Positions 38,635-51,182 of a DNA stretch of 64,000 bases are shown here, piece by piece. A program made the translations under genes and the position numbers. The stretch is from Callorhinchus milii (Eukaryota): assembly GCF_018977255.1 (NCBI RefSeq), contig NW_024704742.1, forward strand, positions 89,778,001-89,842,000. Reading direction: 5' to 3'. Every line of letters starts with the position of its first letter. Within the stretch, counting starts at the first letter, position 1. Under the pieces are notes generated by a model that saw only the letters and a list, made by a program, of their open reading frames with translations, searched no databases and was not told the DNA's origin.

Positions 38635-40114
38635 CTGTGATTGAAAGTACATTGGTCACCCACTGGCACAATCAAAACAGCATGTAATATTTGAGGCTGT
38701 TGCTGTGTAAACAGCCTTGTGCAGAGCAGATGTCAGCCTTGACTAGTTGGTAACATTCTGGCTACTAAGTTAAGGAGGTTCTGTGTTCATTGCCCATGTT
38801 GCAACTTGAGCTTGGTTTTGCTGTGCACAAAATGGTTGCAGTCACAAGTGCCTGAACCAAGGTACAATCCTGCCTGTTCAAGTGACCCTTAAAGATCCCA
38901 AAGCACTATTCAAAAAGAAAAGAGCGTTTGTACCGCCACTTTGGCCAACAATCCTTCACGTTAATCAATCATTCACTTCACGGCTGTTTGAAGGATCATG
39001 CAGAGGGCAAAACAGCTGCCACATATCCTAATAAACAAAAACAATTACTGTACTTGACAATACATACTGGAAAACACTTTGAGACTTTCAATGTTATAAT
39101 AATCATAATGATCCTTACATTTGAATCAGCACCTTTCAAAACGCTTCACAAGATTTACTGTAAACCAGTGGTGGCTAAATTTTCTGGTCAGCCAACAAAA
39201 TAAATGTTCTTGATTTAATATTTCTTGATTTATGGCCTAAATAAAGATCCATGGATTGGCCACCACTGCTGTAAACTGTATCTTGCAGGTGAATGTGACA
39301 GCCAAATCACTGAACTAACCATTTCAGAGTTCTTGTATATATATACACCCAAAACATTCCTCCACAATTCTCTTTCAGATGTGATTGACCTGTTGTTAAT
39401 TTCTCGCAATTACCATTATTATTCTCAGATTTTTATTATTCAGTTTCTTTTAAAAGTTTAATAATCTTCTCTGCAGTGTGACAAACAAGACTTTTATAAT
39501 TACGGTACTCATGTTCCAAGTTTTTCATTTTATGAAGTCTATATAATTAAATCTATAATACGATTACATTGGATTATCCTTTGGGCTTTTTAATATAATT
39601 TCACTAAACTGTTTAATATTGCTATATTAATCTGATCTGCATTAACATCCATGACTGTAAGTAACACACAGGAAAATCACAATTACAATTAATTAATTAC
39701 AAAGAATTAATGAAACAAAAGTCAGTTGACCAGCAATAAGCTTATCTTTTTTTTAGTTTTATTTCTTATGACTATATATATGAATTGTTCAACACAAATA
39801 CGCCTAAACCACAGACAATTCCTATTTCTTGACAAGTTGAGACAGTGTTCAGTATCAGGAATTTACTGTAATTGATTTTTGATACAATAAATTTAGTATC
39901 CTGCTCCTGTACAGTGCTTGAACTCAGTGCTAAAGTCTTCTTTTTTCATCCCTATTATTTTCTATTCTGAGACTTGGAATATATAACATTCTATATCATT
40001 CTTGCATTTGATATAGCACCTTATTCTATCATCCCGGCAGGGCGAAACACTGGGCAAGTTTCGTTACTACACACTCCTCTGTTTACCTAGCAATAAGTAG
40101 GAACCCAGTTGTAA

Positions 40115-40815
40115 GGGGGCAAGGATGGATCCTTGGGGTACTCCGCAGGTGACTGGGTGGAAGCGTGAAGAAAAGCCATTTGTAGAAATGTAGTAAGGTA
40201 GGACTCAAACCAAGCGAGTGCAGTCCCGCTGAGGTGGATGATGGAGGACAGGCGGTGGAGGAGTATGGAGTGATCGACTGTGTCAAATGCAAGGATTATT
40301 ATTATCAGACACGACAAAGCACCATTGGATTTACAATAACAACTTCCATTTATATAGCAGCCGTCATGCAGGACAGCACCTCACAGCATTGTACAGTGGT
40401 GGGGTTGGACGACGAGCAAGAGAGTAGGGGACATGGTCATTGGTGCAGTCGAAAAGGTATGTCTTCAGATGAGATTTAAAGATAAAGAAGGGGTGAGGCG
40501 GAGGGACTGAGGCAGGGAATTCTAAAGTTTAAAGGCGTAGTGACTGAAGGTACAGCGGGCAGAGGAGTGGGTCAGAGTGGTAGAGAGGTCCTAACATGTG
40601 AAAGGAATTTTTATGTGAGGATTTTCAAATTGATTCTTTTGGACCCAGGGAGCCAAGTGAAGATTGGGAGTATGGAGTTTGGCATGTGTGATGATATGGG
40701 CACCAGAGTTTTGCATTACTTGGATGCGTGGATGGTGGAACTGGGGAGACCAGTGAGGAATGTGTTTGAGAAAGGCCGAGGTGACCGAGGTACGGATGAG
40801 GGCTTCGGCAATGTT
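40115..40815 (-). mobile_element. L2 fragments interleaved with SINE pieces
   Basis: AFDTVDHSILLHRLS and an L2 3' region. Confidence 0.7.
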
Positions 40816-41361
40816 TTACTATAGGATGGAGTGCCTGTGTATCTGTAGGTGAACACAGCAGACAGTTTAGCCAATTGCAGCATAGATCCCACAAATCGGC
40901 GGCCCTATTTTACCTGAAAATCCCGAGCCCTTTCAGGGAGCCAGTACAACACTGATTCCATTGGAAAAGGGCTCAGATGAGTTATCCAGAGTGGCAAGTT
41001 AGTCATATGTATGAAAACATAAACAAATGTCACCTGGATATTGACAGCATGAAGATTTAAGTGGGAGTGACAAGTTAAGCCAGGGTCGAGTTATTAGTTT
41101 ACTGTACTTGATTTTTGTTATTTTGATACAAAAAATTTAGTATCTTGCTCTAACACAGTAAGCTTCTGCAGAGTGTTGAAATATCTGCTAGTTTGCTTGG
41201 GTGACATGTGACCACATTAATCCAGTATAATAAAAATAATTGCATGGTGGGAGTGTTCCCCGAGATTGGAAAAGTGTGGCTGACATTTTCATGTGGAACT
41301 ATGAAGATGGGTCCATATGTGTCTCTTTCCTTTGAGTTGTTTGATCGTATTATTATTATTG

Positions 41362-41578
41362 GAGACCTGTAGTGTAGTGGTTAGATCACTCGTCTTGCAA
41401 GCGAGAGAACCTAGGTTCGATTCCCTTAAGCAAGTTTCCTTACTCCACATGCCTCAGTTTACCAAGCAGTAAGTTGGAACCCAGTTGTTAGTCGTTTGGC
41501 AGATCGGTTTTCTGAGGTTAATAATCCCTTCAAAAATACAATTAAAATGCAAGGGTTATTATTATTATTATTATTATT
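41362..41578 (+). mobile_element. SINE with an internal deletion
   Basis: tRNA head joined to the (ATT)n tail; core missing. Confidence 0.8.
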
Positions 41579-41802
41579 AAATACAGTGCTAGCAGCAGGA
41601 ACAAAAATGATTATTTATGACTTAAAATAAAAGAAATACAATTGAACTACTGGATTCCTAAACTCCAGGAATAAAGAGTTGCAGAGAAAGATATGACATT
41701 TGGTCATAGACGTAAAAGGACATGGAGCACCCTCTATTGTGTGAAGCTGGAACAACAATCAGCAGTTAACTGCTACATTACTGACAGAAGGGAATTTCTT
41801 AC

Positions 41803-41973
41803 AATTTTTCCACAGGTTTTGTGAGGAAATTGCTTCAATTTTCCCTTACAAATTATCTGGAATGATGAAGAAAGTATTTTTACCATCAGAAAAATAGACG
41901 TCCGGTCAGAATTCATTCACTGAAAATCACTTCTTTGTCTCCTGGAAGTTTGCCACTTAACCATTACAAATAC
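41803..41973 (-). pseudogene. Possible upstream exon remnant
   Basis: ag|..|gtaaga, unique sequence; weak support. Confidence 0.25.
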
Positions 41974-42000
41974 CTATCTCACTCTACATAGGAGATACAA

Positions 42001-44835
42001 TAACAACAACAAGATTCCATTTATAGAGCGCCTTTCACGTCGGGAGCACGTCCCAAGGCACTGGACAGTTGGGTCAGGACCCGAGCAGGGGGGAAATGGT
42101 CAGGGTGAGGGGAGGGAAGGGAGGGAGCGAGGAGGGGGTTGAGAGTCGAGAGGGGAGCTGAAGGCACGGTCAAAGAGAAAGGTCTTGAGACCGGCCCTGA
42201 AGGAGGAAAAGGAGGAGGCGGCGAAGGCACTGGGGGATAGAGTTCCAGAGCCTCGGGGCTGAGAGGCTGAAGGCCCGACCACCGATGGTAGGCGGTTAGG
42301 GCGGGGGATGTGGAGCAGACCGGAGCCAGAGGAATGGAGGATACGGGCAGGTAGGTAGGGGGATAGTAGGTCGGAGAGGTAGGAGGGAGCGAGGCCGTGA
42401 ATGGCCTTGTAGGTGAGGATGAGGATCTTGAATTCGATCCTCTGGGGGATGGGGAGCCAGTGGAGGCGAGCGAGGGTGGGAGTGATGTGGTCGCGGTGTC
42501 TGGTGCGGGACAGTACACGAGCTGCAGAGTTCTGAATGACCTGCAGCTTGTGGAGGGAGGTGGCGGGAAGGCCGACGAGGAGAGAGTTCCCATAGTCCAG
42601 CCTTGAAGTGATAAAGGCGTGGACCAGAGTTTCAGCGGCGTGAGGGGTGAGGTAGTACCGTAGTCTGGCGATATTCCGGAGGTGATGGAAGGCGGTGCCA
42701 GTTGTGGTGCGGATATGAGGGAGAAAGGACAGCTCAGGGTCGAACAGAACCCGAGGTTCCTGATTGGCTTTGAGAGGTGGAGAGTGCAGCCTTGGATGCT
42801 GATGCTGTCAGCGCCTGTGGTGCGGAGGCGCTGACGTGAGCCAATCAGGAGGGCCTCAGTTTTGCGCACGTTGAGCTGAAGAAAGTGGTCTCTCGTCCAG
42901 GACTCGATGTTGGACAGGCAGCTGTCAGGACATCGGTGGTCGTGGAGTTGATGGTAGAGGAGGAAAGGTAGAGTTGGGTGTCATCCGCATACATGTGGAA
43001 GTTAACTCCATGTCTGCGGATGATGTCACCGAGGGGGAGCATATAGAGGGTGAAGAGGAGGGGACGGAGGACAAAGCCCTGAGGGACACCGCACGAGATA
43101 GTGCGGGGGCTGGAGGAAAAGCCATTTGTGGAAACAAAATGAAGACGGTGCGAGAGGTACGACCTAAACCACTCAAGGACAGGGTCTTGAAGGTTGAGGT
43201 TGGAGGACAAGCGGTGGAGGAGGATAGCCAGATTTGTCAGTGGACCTTTAAGCCAGATTTGAGGCAGGTGCATTCAGCGGCCCGCACCTGGCTCTTCAGT
43301 GAGCGGAGGTGGGTGGTGAACCAGGGGGAGGAGCGAGAGTAGGAGAGAGTACGGGAGGTGATGGGGGTAAGAGTTTTGAGTGTGGAGGAGAGGGTGTTGT
43401 GGAGGAGGGTGAGAGGAGAAGAGGGGTCAGTGAGGGTTGAAGGCCAGAGGGAGAGTTGTTCAGAGGACTCCAAGGCAGCGGTTAGGGATTGTGGGGGTAA
43501 CTTCTTCCAGGGGTGGTAGAAGACGGTGGTGGGTCTGGTGGAGGTGGGGAGGGAGGTGGAGGTGGTGAAGGAGATGAAGTGGTGATCGGAGACGGCCTTG
43601 TCGGTAATGGTGACATCCGAGACACTGAGGCCCCGGGTGATCACCAAATCGAGTGGATAGCCGTGACTGTGAGTGGGGGAGTTGATGTGGAGGGAGAGGT
43701 TGAGTGAGGAGAGCAGGGAAGAAAAGTCCGAGGAGATGGAGCAGGAGGGGTTGAAGTGCAGGTTGAAGTCGCCCAGGATGATGAGGCGATCAGAGCAGAG
43801 GCAGAGAGATGTAAGTTGTGTAGAAATATCGGAGATGAAGGTGGGAGAGGTTTTAGGGGGCCGGTAGAGGAGGAGGATTTTGAGTGAGAGGAAGGAGGGG
43901 TGGGAGAGGGTGAGGTGCTCAAAAGAAGGGAAAGAGCCAGAGGAGTAGGGGGATAGGGCAAGTGGTGTCCTTGAGATAAGGGCTACACCACCGCCACGGC
44001 GGTTGGGGCGAGGGATGTGGTGGGAGGTGTAGCCGGGTGGTGTGGCCTCCGTGAGGGGGAAGGTGTCGCCTGGGGTGAGCCAGGTTTCTGTTAAGGTCAT
44101 GATGTCAACGCTCTCATCAAGGATGAGATCGTTGATGACCAGGGCCTTGTTACAGAGTGAGTGGACATTTTGTTGTCCGATGTGGAGGGAGCGGTTGACA
44201 GAAGGGTGTGTGGGAGGGGAGTGGGGTCCAGGCTGTGAGGCAGCGGTGGGGAAATGGGGATGAGGGAGGAGAGGTTGGCTCCCCGGGTCTGTGTCCGGGG
44301 TGGCTGGCGAGTGTGGTGGGGAATGGGGCAGTCGGTGTGGCTGCTGCTGGACAGCCAACGCCGAGTGCCACGGTGAGCCCGGCGGAGGATTCCCAGGCTG
44401 GAACAGAGGGAGGTTGTGGGAGGGACAAATGGGGATAGAAGGCGAGAGGGACGGAGAGAGAGGAGGAGAGAGGGGGAGAGATGCAGAGGGGGGAGGGTTT
44501 GGGGGGAGAAAGGAGGGGGGAGGGAGAGAGGGGTGAGGAGGCTCAGGTCAGAGCGGCAGCCACAGTGCGCACGCGGGGACCGGGAGTGAGCGGTCAGGTG
44601 GATGGCATTAGCGCTGGGGCTGGGGCAGTCAACCCAACAGGACCATGGTGGGCCCTGATTCGAGCCCCGGGGGTGTGGGGGGGGGGGGGCGCAGAAGGTT
44701 GTTTTTTGCCCGCGCACACTCCTGAAACTAAACTATGACGTAATCGGTTCCCCCGCTCCGACCCCCCCGCTCCGCCCCCCCCCCCCCACACCTCCACACC
44801 CCCCTAACTGAACTCCCTGCCGCCTCATGCTTTAT
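42001..44835 (-). mobile_element. L2-clade LINE with 5' UTR and an internal deletion at about 43230
   Basis: 373-aa APE ORF, YADD RT segment and (GTT)n tail; closely similar to the copy at 14757-18223. Confidence 0.95.
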
Positions 44836-44869
44836 ACTACCTAAGAAGGTAGGCCAGGCTCCTCCCCGC

Positions 44870-45110
44870 ACTGTCCAGGGATAGACAGAATATCCCTGGT
44901 CATCCAGGCTGGCTTGGTTGTCGCACATTTCCCTTTTGTGGGAATATATCTATTTAGACCTTGAGCTATCATATCTTTGAAGATCTCCCATTGCTCATGA
45001 GTCATTTTACCTGCTAGTCTTACTTGCCAGTCCACCAACTCAAGGTCCCTTTTTAGCCCATCAAAATTAGCCCTTTTCCAGTCAAGCATTTTCACCCTTG
45101 ACTGTACTTT
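44870..45110 (-). mobile_element. CR1 fragment
   Basis: LDWKRANFDGLKRDLELVDW..QWEIFK..KPAWMTRDI. Confidence 0.75.
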
Positions 45111-46119
45111 GACCCGTATATGCTAATGCCTTCCACTACCTTTGATACCAGTATCTGCTTCTGTGCATTTTATCTATTAAGTGTATTTTATCTATCCAGT
45201 GCTCAGAGGTAAGGTAATAGGCTTGTTCCATTTATGCATCCCACGAAAGCAGGCTAGCCTTTGACACTTCCGTACACTATACAGTCAATTCTGTGAAAGG
45301 TTTTGAAACATCTTGAAGACGTGATAAGGCGCTATATCAAATGTAGAAGTTCAGAAACTTCTGCTGTACAAGTGATAAACAGACCATAAGCTCACTTTGA
45401 ATTAATGCGCAACATTGACAATGGTACAGCAAAAAAAAGACCCTGAGAAGGCAAGCGAGGATAGGTGGACCGGGAAGAAACATTTTTTAGGAAAATCGGC
45501 AGTCTGAAAACAGCTTCTCCCCCAAATTGTTTATTAATGTGTTAGGAGTAGTCTGGGATGTATTAATGGAAATGCTGGAATCTGAAGAGTAACTTCAGAC
45601 TTTACTTAAACAAGTTTGGAAAAATTTGGCTGGAAGTATTACTATTTCTATCTTGAGGCTATATTGGACTTTTGGAATAATTTTGAATGTACCCCAACAT
45701 CCGTTGGCTGATCAACCGGACTTGGCACCTATCTCCAGGATGCTACTTTATTTTGACTGACCTTTGAAGTATAAAGATCCCCGGGAGTCAGATGGTAGTT
45801 TCCTGTGGGGAAAACAAATCTTCTAATCTCTGGTCTTGCTTCAGGTTTGTTAATATTTTATTTGCTTTTCCAGTTCTGCAATCACAGACTAAGTTAAACA
45901 GCTTGTTTACACTGATAATGTCTGTGGCTCTGCATATTTTAAAATCTGGTTTATGTTTTTTTAATGTTCCTTTCTACAACAAAAGTATTAATTTCTCTGA
46001 GTTTCACAACATAAATTATTCCTCTATCATATGTACCTGGCAAATACAAGGTAAGTGAATACCATACATAAAGCCATCTCATATGTGTTAGCCAGGCTTC
46101 CCTTACACTTGGCAAATTA

Positions 46120-46540
46120 ATGTATTCCTCCAAGACTGGACAAGTCAGAACGTTTTTTTTCTGGAGGTGAGACAATTGAGAGGAGACACGATAGAGATGT
46201 TTAAATTTACGCAAGAGTTTGACAAGGTTGACAGAAATAGGTTGTTTGCGAATCCAAAACAAGAAGGGATAAATGTAAGATAGCCACTAACATATCTAAA
46301 GGAAAATTTACGAGGAATTTATTTTCGCAGAGGGTGGAATGTGGAAGTTATTGCCAGAAGCTCCGGTTGAAACATGAACTTAAGAGGAATCTTAATTCAC
46401 ACATGAGGAAGAAGGGAATAGAGGTGTTTGGGAAAAGTATGCAAAGAGTGGATTAGAAGAACGGAAACTCGTGTGGAGTATAAACATTGGCATGGACGAG
46501 TTGGTCCAAATGACCTGTTTTGGAGCTACACAGTCTATGA
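46120..46540 (+). mobile_element. CR1 3' remnant
   Basis: QLRGDTIEMFKF..FDKVD. Confidence 0.65.
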
Positions 46541-46964
46541 ATGCAATTCTGCTCATATAAGATTTGGAGCAGTGCACAAGCACATGACATCTATATGCAG
46601 ACATGGCAAAATCAGTTTGAGTTTTAAAGAAAGGCTAGTGGAGGGAATCTAGTGAAGTCAGCCGAGTCCCAAACACTTCCTTTTTTAACACTTCACCTTG
46701 ATAAACACAACAAAATCTCCAAAAAGTAATTGTAAAAGTAAAAGTATATAAATAAAATGAAGTGTGCGGATTGTGTCTATTCAAAATATTGATTAAATTG
46801 ATGGCAGCAACTGGAAATGTGAATTCTTTGATATCTGTTGCTATAGAAACAGGAACATTTATGTTTTTGAACTTTTATACAGTGCAATGACTCATAGCTG
46901 GGTCTGAGATCAGTTAGAAATGAATATCAATGACCTCAGTGCTCTTCGAGCATAATAAGTTTGC

Positions 46965-47212
46965 TCAAAGTGCTTCACAGAATATGCTGTAAAGTGAATT
47001 GACTGTATATGTGTGGGCGAAACGCAGCAGCCAATTGCGCACAGCAGTGTCCCACAAACAGTCGTGGATTGAAAAAGACCAATTTGTTTTGGAGGGATTA
47101 TTATTAGGCGTGTGGAGTAAGGAAACTTGCCCAAGATTTCGCCCTGCCTGGAATTGAACCCAAGTGTCTCGCTTGCAAGGTGAGTGCTCTAACCACTGAG
47201 CTATAGGACTCT
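46965..47212 (-). mobile_element. SINE, 3'-truncated
   Basis: Head and core match the family. Confidence 0.88.
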
Positions 47213-47288
47213 ACAATAGTACCGCTTTGGGTATAATTTCTTTAAAGATAGTACACACATTTTATCTGATAATGCACAGATCAAATAC

Positions 47289-47815
47289 ATGCCCGGAAAC
47301 GGAATATCGGAATCAAATCATCCCTCTGTGGCGGTCTCGGTAGTGGGGTTCTTGAGGCAGGTGGGTCCGCAGTATTCCAGTGCACTGCTGATGACAGCAC
47401 AGCCAGCCTGGCTCATTGGCAGGACCTGGGAAGGCAGACCATTCAGCTCTTATTATTATTATTATTATTATTATTAACACTGCAAACCAAAGCCCTGACT
47501 GGTAGGTTGGTCCTAGCTGGACAAGCAGCAGGAAAGCTTGGCAAACTATGCCGTTTTAGCTGGTTAGCCTCCAGCAGTTACCCTAATGCACACTCTGGGG
47601 TCCCCAAGCCTTGGCTCTGCCAACCTGTGCCTAACCCTTTTGGAATTAGGTAAGCAAGATGCGTCTCTCCAGGGAAAAAGTATGCATTCCATTCCAACAA
47701 TCTATCTCTGGGATTTCCATGTGTAGGTGGGATCCAAGGAAATCTCAGCTTGGTTTGGATATTCTTTAGCATGGTGATGGGTTTCCTCATGTGTCAGACA
47801 TCTGACTGACCAAAA
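47289..47815 (+). repeat. Unclassified interspersed repeat, copy 2
   Basis: See 962-1412; this copy has an internal (TTA)n. Confidence 0.8.
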
Positions 47816-49149
47816 GTAAACTGATGTGAAGTTAAAATAATTAATGGGAGGGGGATTATTCTCAAAAGCATCCAAAAACTGATACTCTCCTGCAAAGCAT
47901 TTGAGTTGTTTCTTCTGTTCTTCTGTTTTCAATCGATAGCATTAATCTATTCAGATAATGCCTCATTGAACGAAAAATAAATAAGCCTTGCATTCAATAA
48001 ATTGCCTATCATGTCCAGAACAACTCAAAAGTGTTTCACTTATGTTTCTGTAAGGTATAATGGCTGTGAATTTTGTAGGTGAATGCAGCAGCCAAATTGT
48101 CCCACAAACAGCCATAAAGTAAATTAACAATTCTCACTGGGGATTGTTGTCTGTTATCAGAAGAAACTCCTTTCACTTTTTGAATTGTGCCACGGGATCT
48201 TTAATGATCACTTGAATGGACAGATAGGACTTGCATTTAATGTCTTATCCAAAGGACAACAACTCTAACAGTGGAGAGCTATCGCCAGCGCTGCTTTCTA
48301 GAGTTTACCTAGACTATTAATTCAAACAATCCTGTGGGCTTGAACCCACAGTCCTCTGACGCAGACGTGAGCTTGCTACCTAACTGAGCCACATTGACTC
48401 ATAAATAACATTTGGAATCTCAAAGCTAATTTATGTGAAATCATGTAGAGACAATTTTTTTGCAGCAATTCGCTTGTTGATTAGGTTTGGTGTTTTCTAC
48501 CATGCCAAATAAACAAATGAACTACAACAACTTGTAACTTTGTGCTGCCTCTCAGATAGAATAATATCTCAGAACATTTTAAAAAGATGGTGTAAAAACC
48601 CTACACGGTGGGAAGTCACAAGATCACAAGATTGGCCTGGATGAAGAAGGCCGTTCAGTCTATCCAACCTCCAGAACACCCACTCTACCATGCCCCATCA
48701 CAACAACAAATTGTATTTATATAGCGCCTTTTGCATCGGGAGGACATCACAATATGGGAGACAGTGAACCCGAGATGGGGGTTGGAATCAAGAGGGTGGA
48801 GGACAAAGGGGTGGGAGGATGGCTGAAGACATGGACAAAGAGAACGGTCACAGTATTAGCTGCTTTCTAAGTGTCTTGGCCTCTATCAACTGTCCTGGCA
48901 ACTGTCATTGGGTGGAGTCGGAGGAATTTGAGAGATGAGTTCCAGAGACTGGAGGCATAGTGATTGAAAACTTGACATCAATAGTGGGTGAAGGAGATAA
49001 GGGAAGTTTGCACAAGAGGAATTGTTATTTAAAAAATTAGAATGCAAGACTGGAAAAAGTGATTGCTTTTTACAAAGCAGCAAAGTTCAGTGCTTGATAC
49101 CTGGACTTTTATGAATTAGTTGAACTCATTCAGTAGAGGAATAAGGATG

Positions 49150-49645
49150 CTCCAATGCACCAAGCTCTGTGACCCCAACATCCCCACCCTCATCCAGCTC
49201 CACTGGCTCCCCATCCCCCAGAGAATAGAGTTCAAAATCTTCGTCCTCGCCTTCAAGACCCACCACAGCCTCACCCTTCCCAAACTCTGCGACCCAATGA
49301 TCCCATATCAACCTGTCCACACTCTTCACTCAGCAGGCTCTGACCTGCTCCATGTCCTCTGCCGGACCTGCCCCACCATTGGCGGCCAGGACTTCAGCCT
49401 TTCTGCCCTAACCCTTTGGAACTCCATCCCACATTCCTCACATTTCGTTCCTCGCTTGCCTCCTTCGAGTCACGTCTCAAAACCGTCCTCTTCAACCGAG
49501 CCTTCAACCACCCCACTACCATCACTGCCTTCCACCCTCCCTGATCCCAACCCCTAGCTAGAGTCCAAATCCCTGACTGTCCAGAACCTTGGGACATCCT
49601 CCCGATGTGAAAGGCCCTATAAAAATGTAATTTTGTATTGTATTG
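49150..49645 (+). mobile_element. L2 3' fragment
   Basis: LHWLPIPQRIEFKI and tail. Confidence 0.85.
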
Positions 49646-51182
49646 TACAACTGACCACAACAGGAGTACCTGCTCCTGATCATTGTCCAGTGATCCCGGT
49701 TCAAAAGTCCAGTTGTGTGAACATCAGATGACGACAAGTAAGGATGTCAAATGATAACGCTATATAGGAGCATTTGTTATCAAAAAGCATTTGGCATATC
49801 TTATTTTGTTTGCTTGCCAAAGGATTGGAATGCAACAATGCAATTCACTTTACTACACTAGTAACTCACTACACACCTGGAACCTCTTGCCACTACCCTT
49901 TTGCCTCTACCTCTCTCTATTTGTCTTTAAATCCCACCCTAATACTTACTTTTTTGAACATGCCGATGTCAAATGTGTCCGAGACAACTCTTATAAATCC
50001 ACATTGTTGATATGTCACCAGGCTCTCCCAGCCTTTGCAGCTCTTTTGAGCTCACTGTTTTGGTTCAAATATTGTAATGTTGCGGCCACAATTTGTCAAG
50101 TTCCATAAAGATACTGGAATGAAGTTAGTGGCATTTCTTAACGTCATTCACGTGATAATTATGTAATGGCTCTAACTTTATCCCCCCACCCTGTGTAATA
50201 TTGTAACTCAATGACATAAAAAGAACATTAGTGTAGCAATTGATGGATGTACACTATGCAATGGGGTGCTATTTATAATGTGAATTGTGAAATTTCAATG
50301 TCTGACAATTGACCCACTTACACAATATTACTGATGCGCAGAGTTACATGTTAAATGTATTTTGCCATGTTTCATCAAACAAACCAAAGATCAAAGTACA
50401 ACAATCATGAACAGCAGTTCAAGAGTTTCATCCTCTTAATCATTAATTGGCTTGTGCTTTACTCAAGATAATGTCAAATTGAAAATATATAGTCTGTGTT
50501 TGTTCATCTAAAATCTTTAAATCAAAGGATCAATCTTGGTAGATGGCACAGTGATATAGCACAGGGTACCCTAGTCTCCTGTGCCATAGAGTGGTTCTAT
50601 GGTTGGAATGTGGCCCAGCCCATAATTGAGCCGGAGTCCATCCAATATTTTAAAAGGGATTTGGGTAAAAGAGAAATATTAAAGGGTATGGGAAACAAGC
50701 AGGAGAGTGAGGTTAGATAGGGACACTTGGAAAGAAAAAAACAGAGCAAAATAGGTGGGCTGAATATGCTGCAATATTCTATGATTCATTCGACAATTAG
50801 AGTTTGCGTATAGTGACCTTAAAGCGCCTGCCTGGTTCTCTCTGAAGCATTCTCTTTTGAAGTCTTTTATACATAAAACTCAGATGGATTGGATATGGTT
50901 GCATGAAAGAGTTTTGTGAGGTACAGTAAAGTTATCTCAACTCAGCGTTACCTGAAGCCATCACAGTACCTTGATACCTTTGAAAATCAAACAGCAAGTG
51001 TGGATTTATGTGGACCTTTAGCGATTGGTTTAAGAACGGCATTGGCATGGTTTTGGGAACACCTTGTGTGAATTCTTGGGATGGATAGATTGGAGCCCAA
51101 GGAGATGGAAGAAATACCCCATTGTTTAGGGAGAAATGTCTTTAAATGTGCTTAATTGGAACTAAGTTCACAGCTAATAAAA

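Larger units (their letters stand above)
1..41973 (-). pseudogene. RNF213-like: Non-processed (intron-containing) pseudogene of a divergent RNF213/mysterin-like AAA+ ATPase-E3 ligase; 3' end probably runs off the window, 5' end uncertain
   Basis: About 20 exon-like blocks with AG/GT boundaries whose translations match remembered human RNF213 segments in collinear order (see individual exons). Many in-frame TGA/TAA/TAG stops, frameshifts and TE insertions. Alignments were made by eye. Confidence 0.75.

Noticed and set aside
1..41973. DENND4C or HAUS6 as the minus-strand neighbour, expected from human synteny
   Set aside because: No DENN/MABP or HAUS6 motifs were recognised, and the collinear motifs fit RNF213 instead.
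43237..44358. 373-aa ORF as a host endonuclease gene
   Set aside because: It is the APE domain of an internally deleted L2 retrotransposon.
45690..47932. Further 5' exons of the RNF213-like gene (about 45692-45802 and 47860-47932; also about 39320-39470 and 40914-41033)
   Set aside because: Candidate splice sites exist but there is no recognisable motif, so support is too weak.
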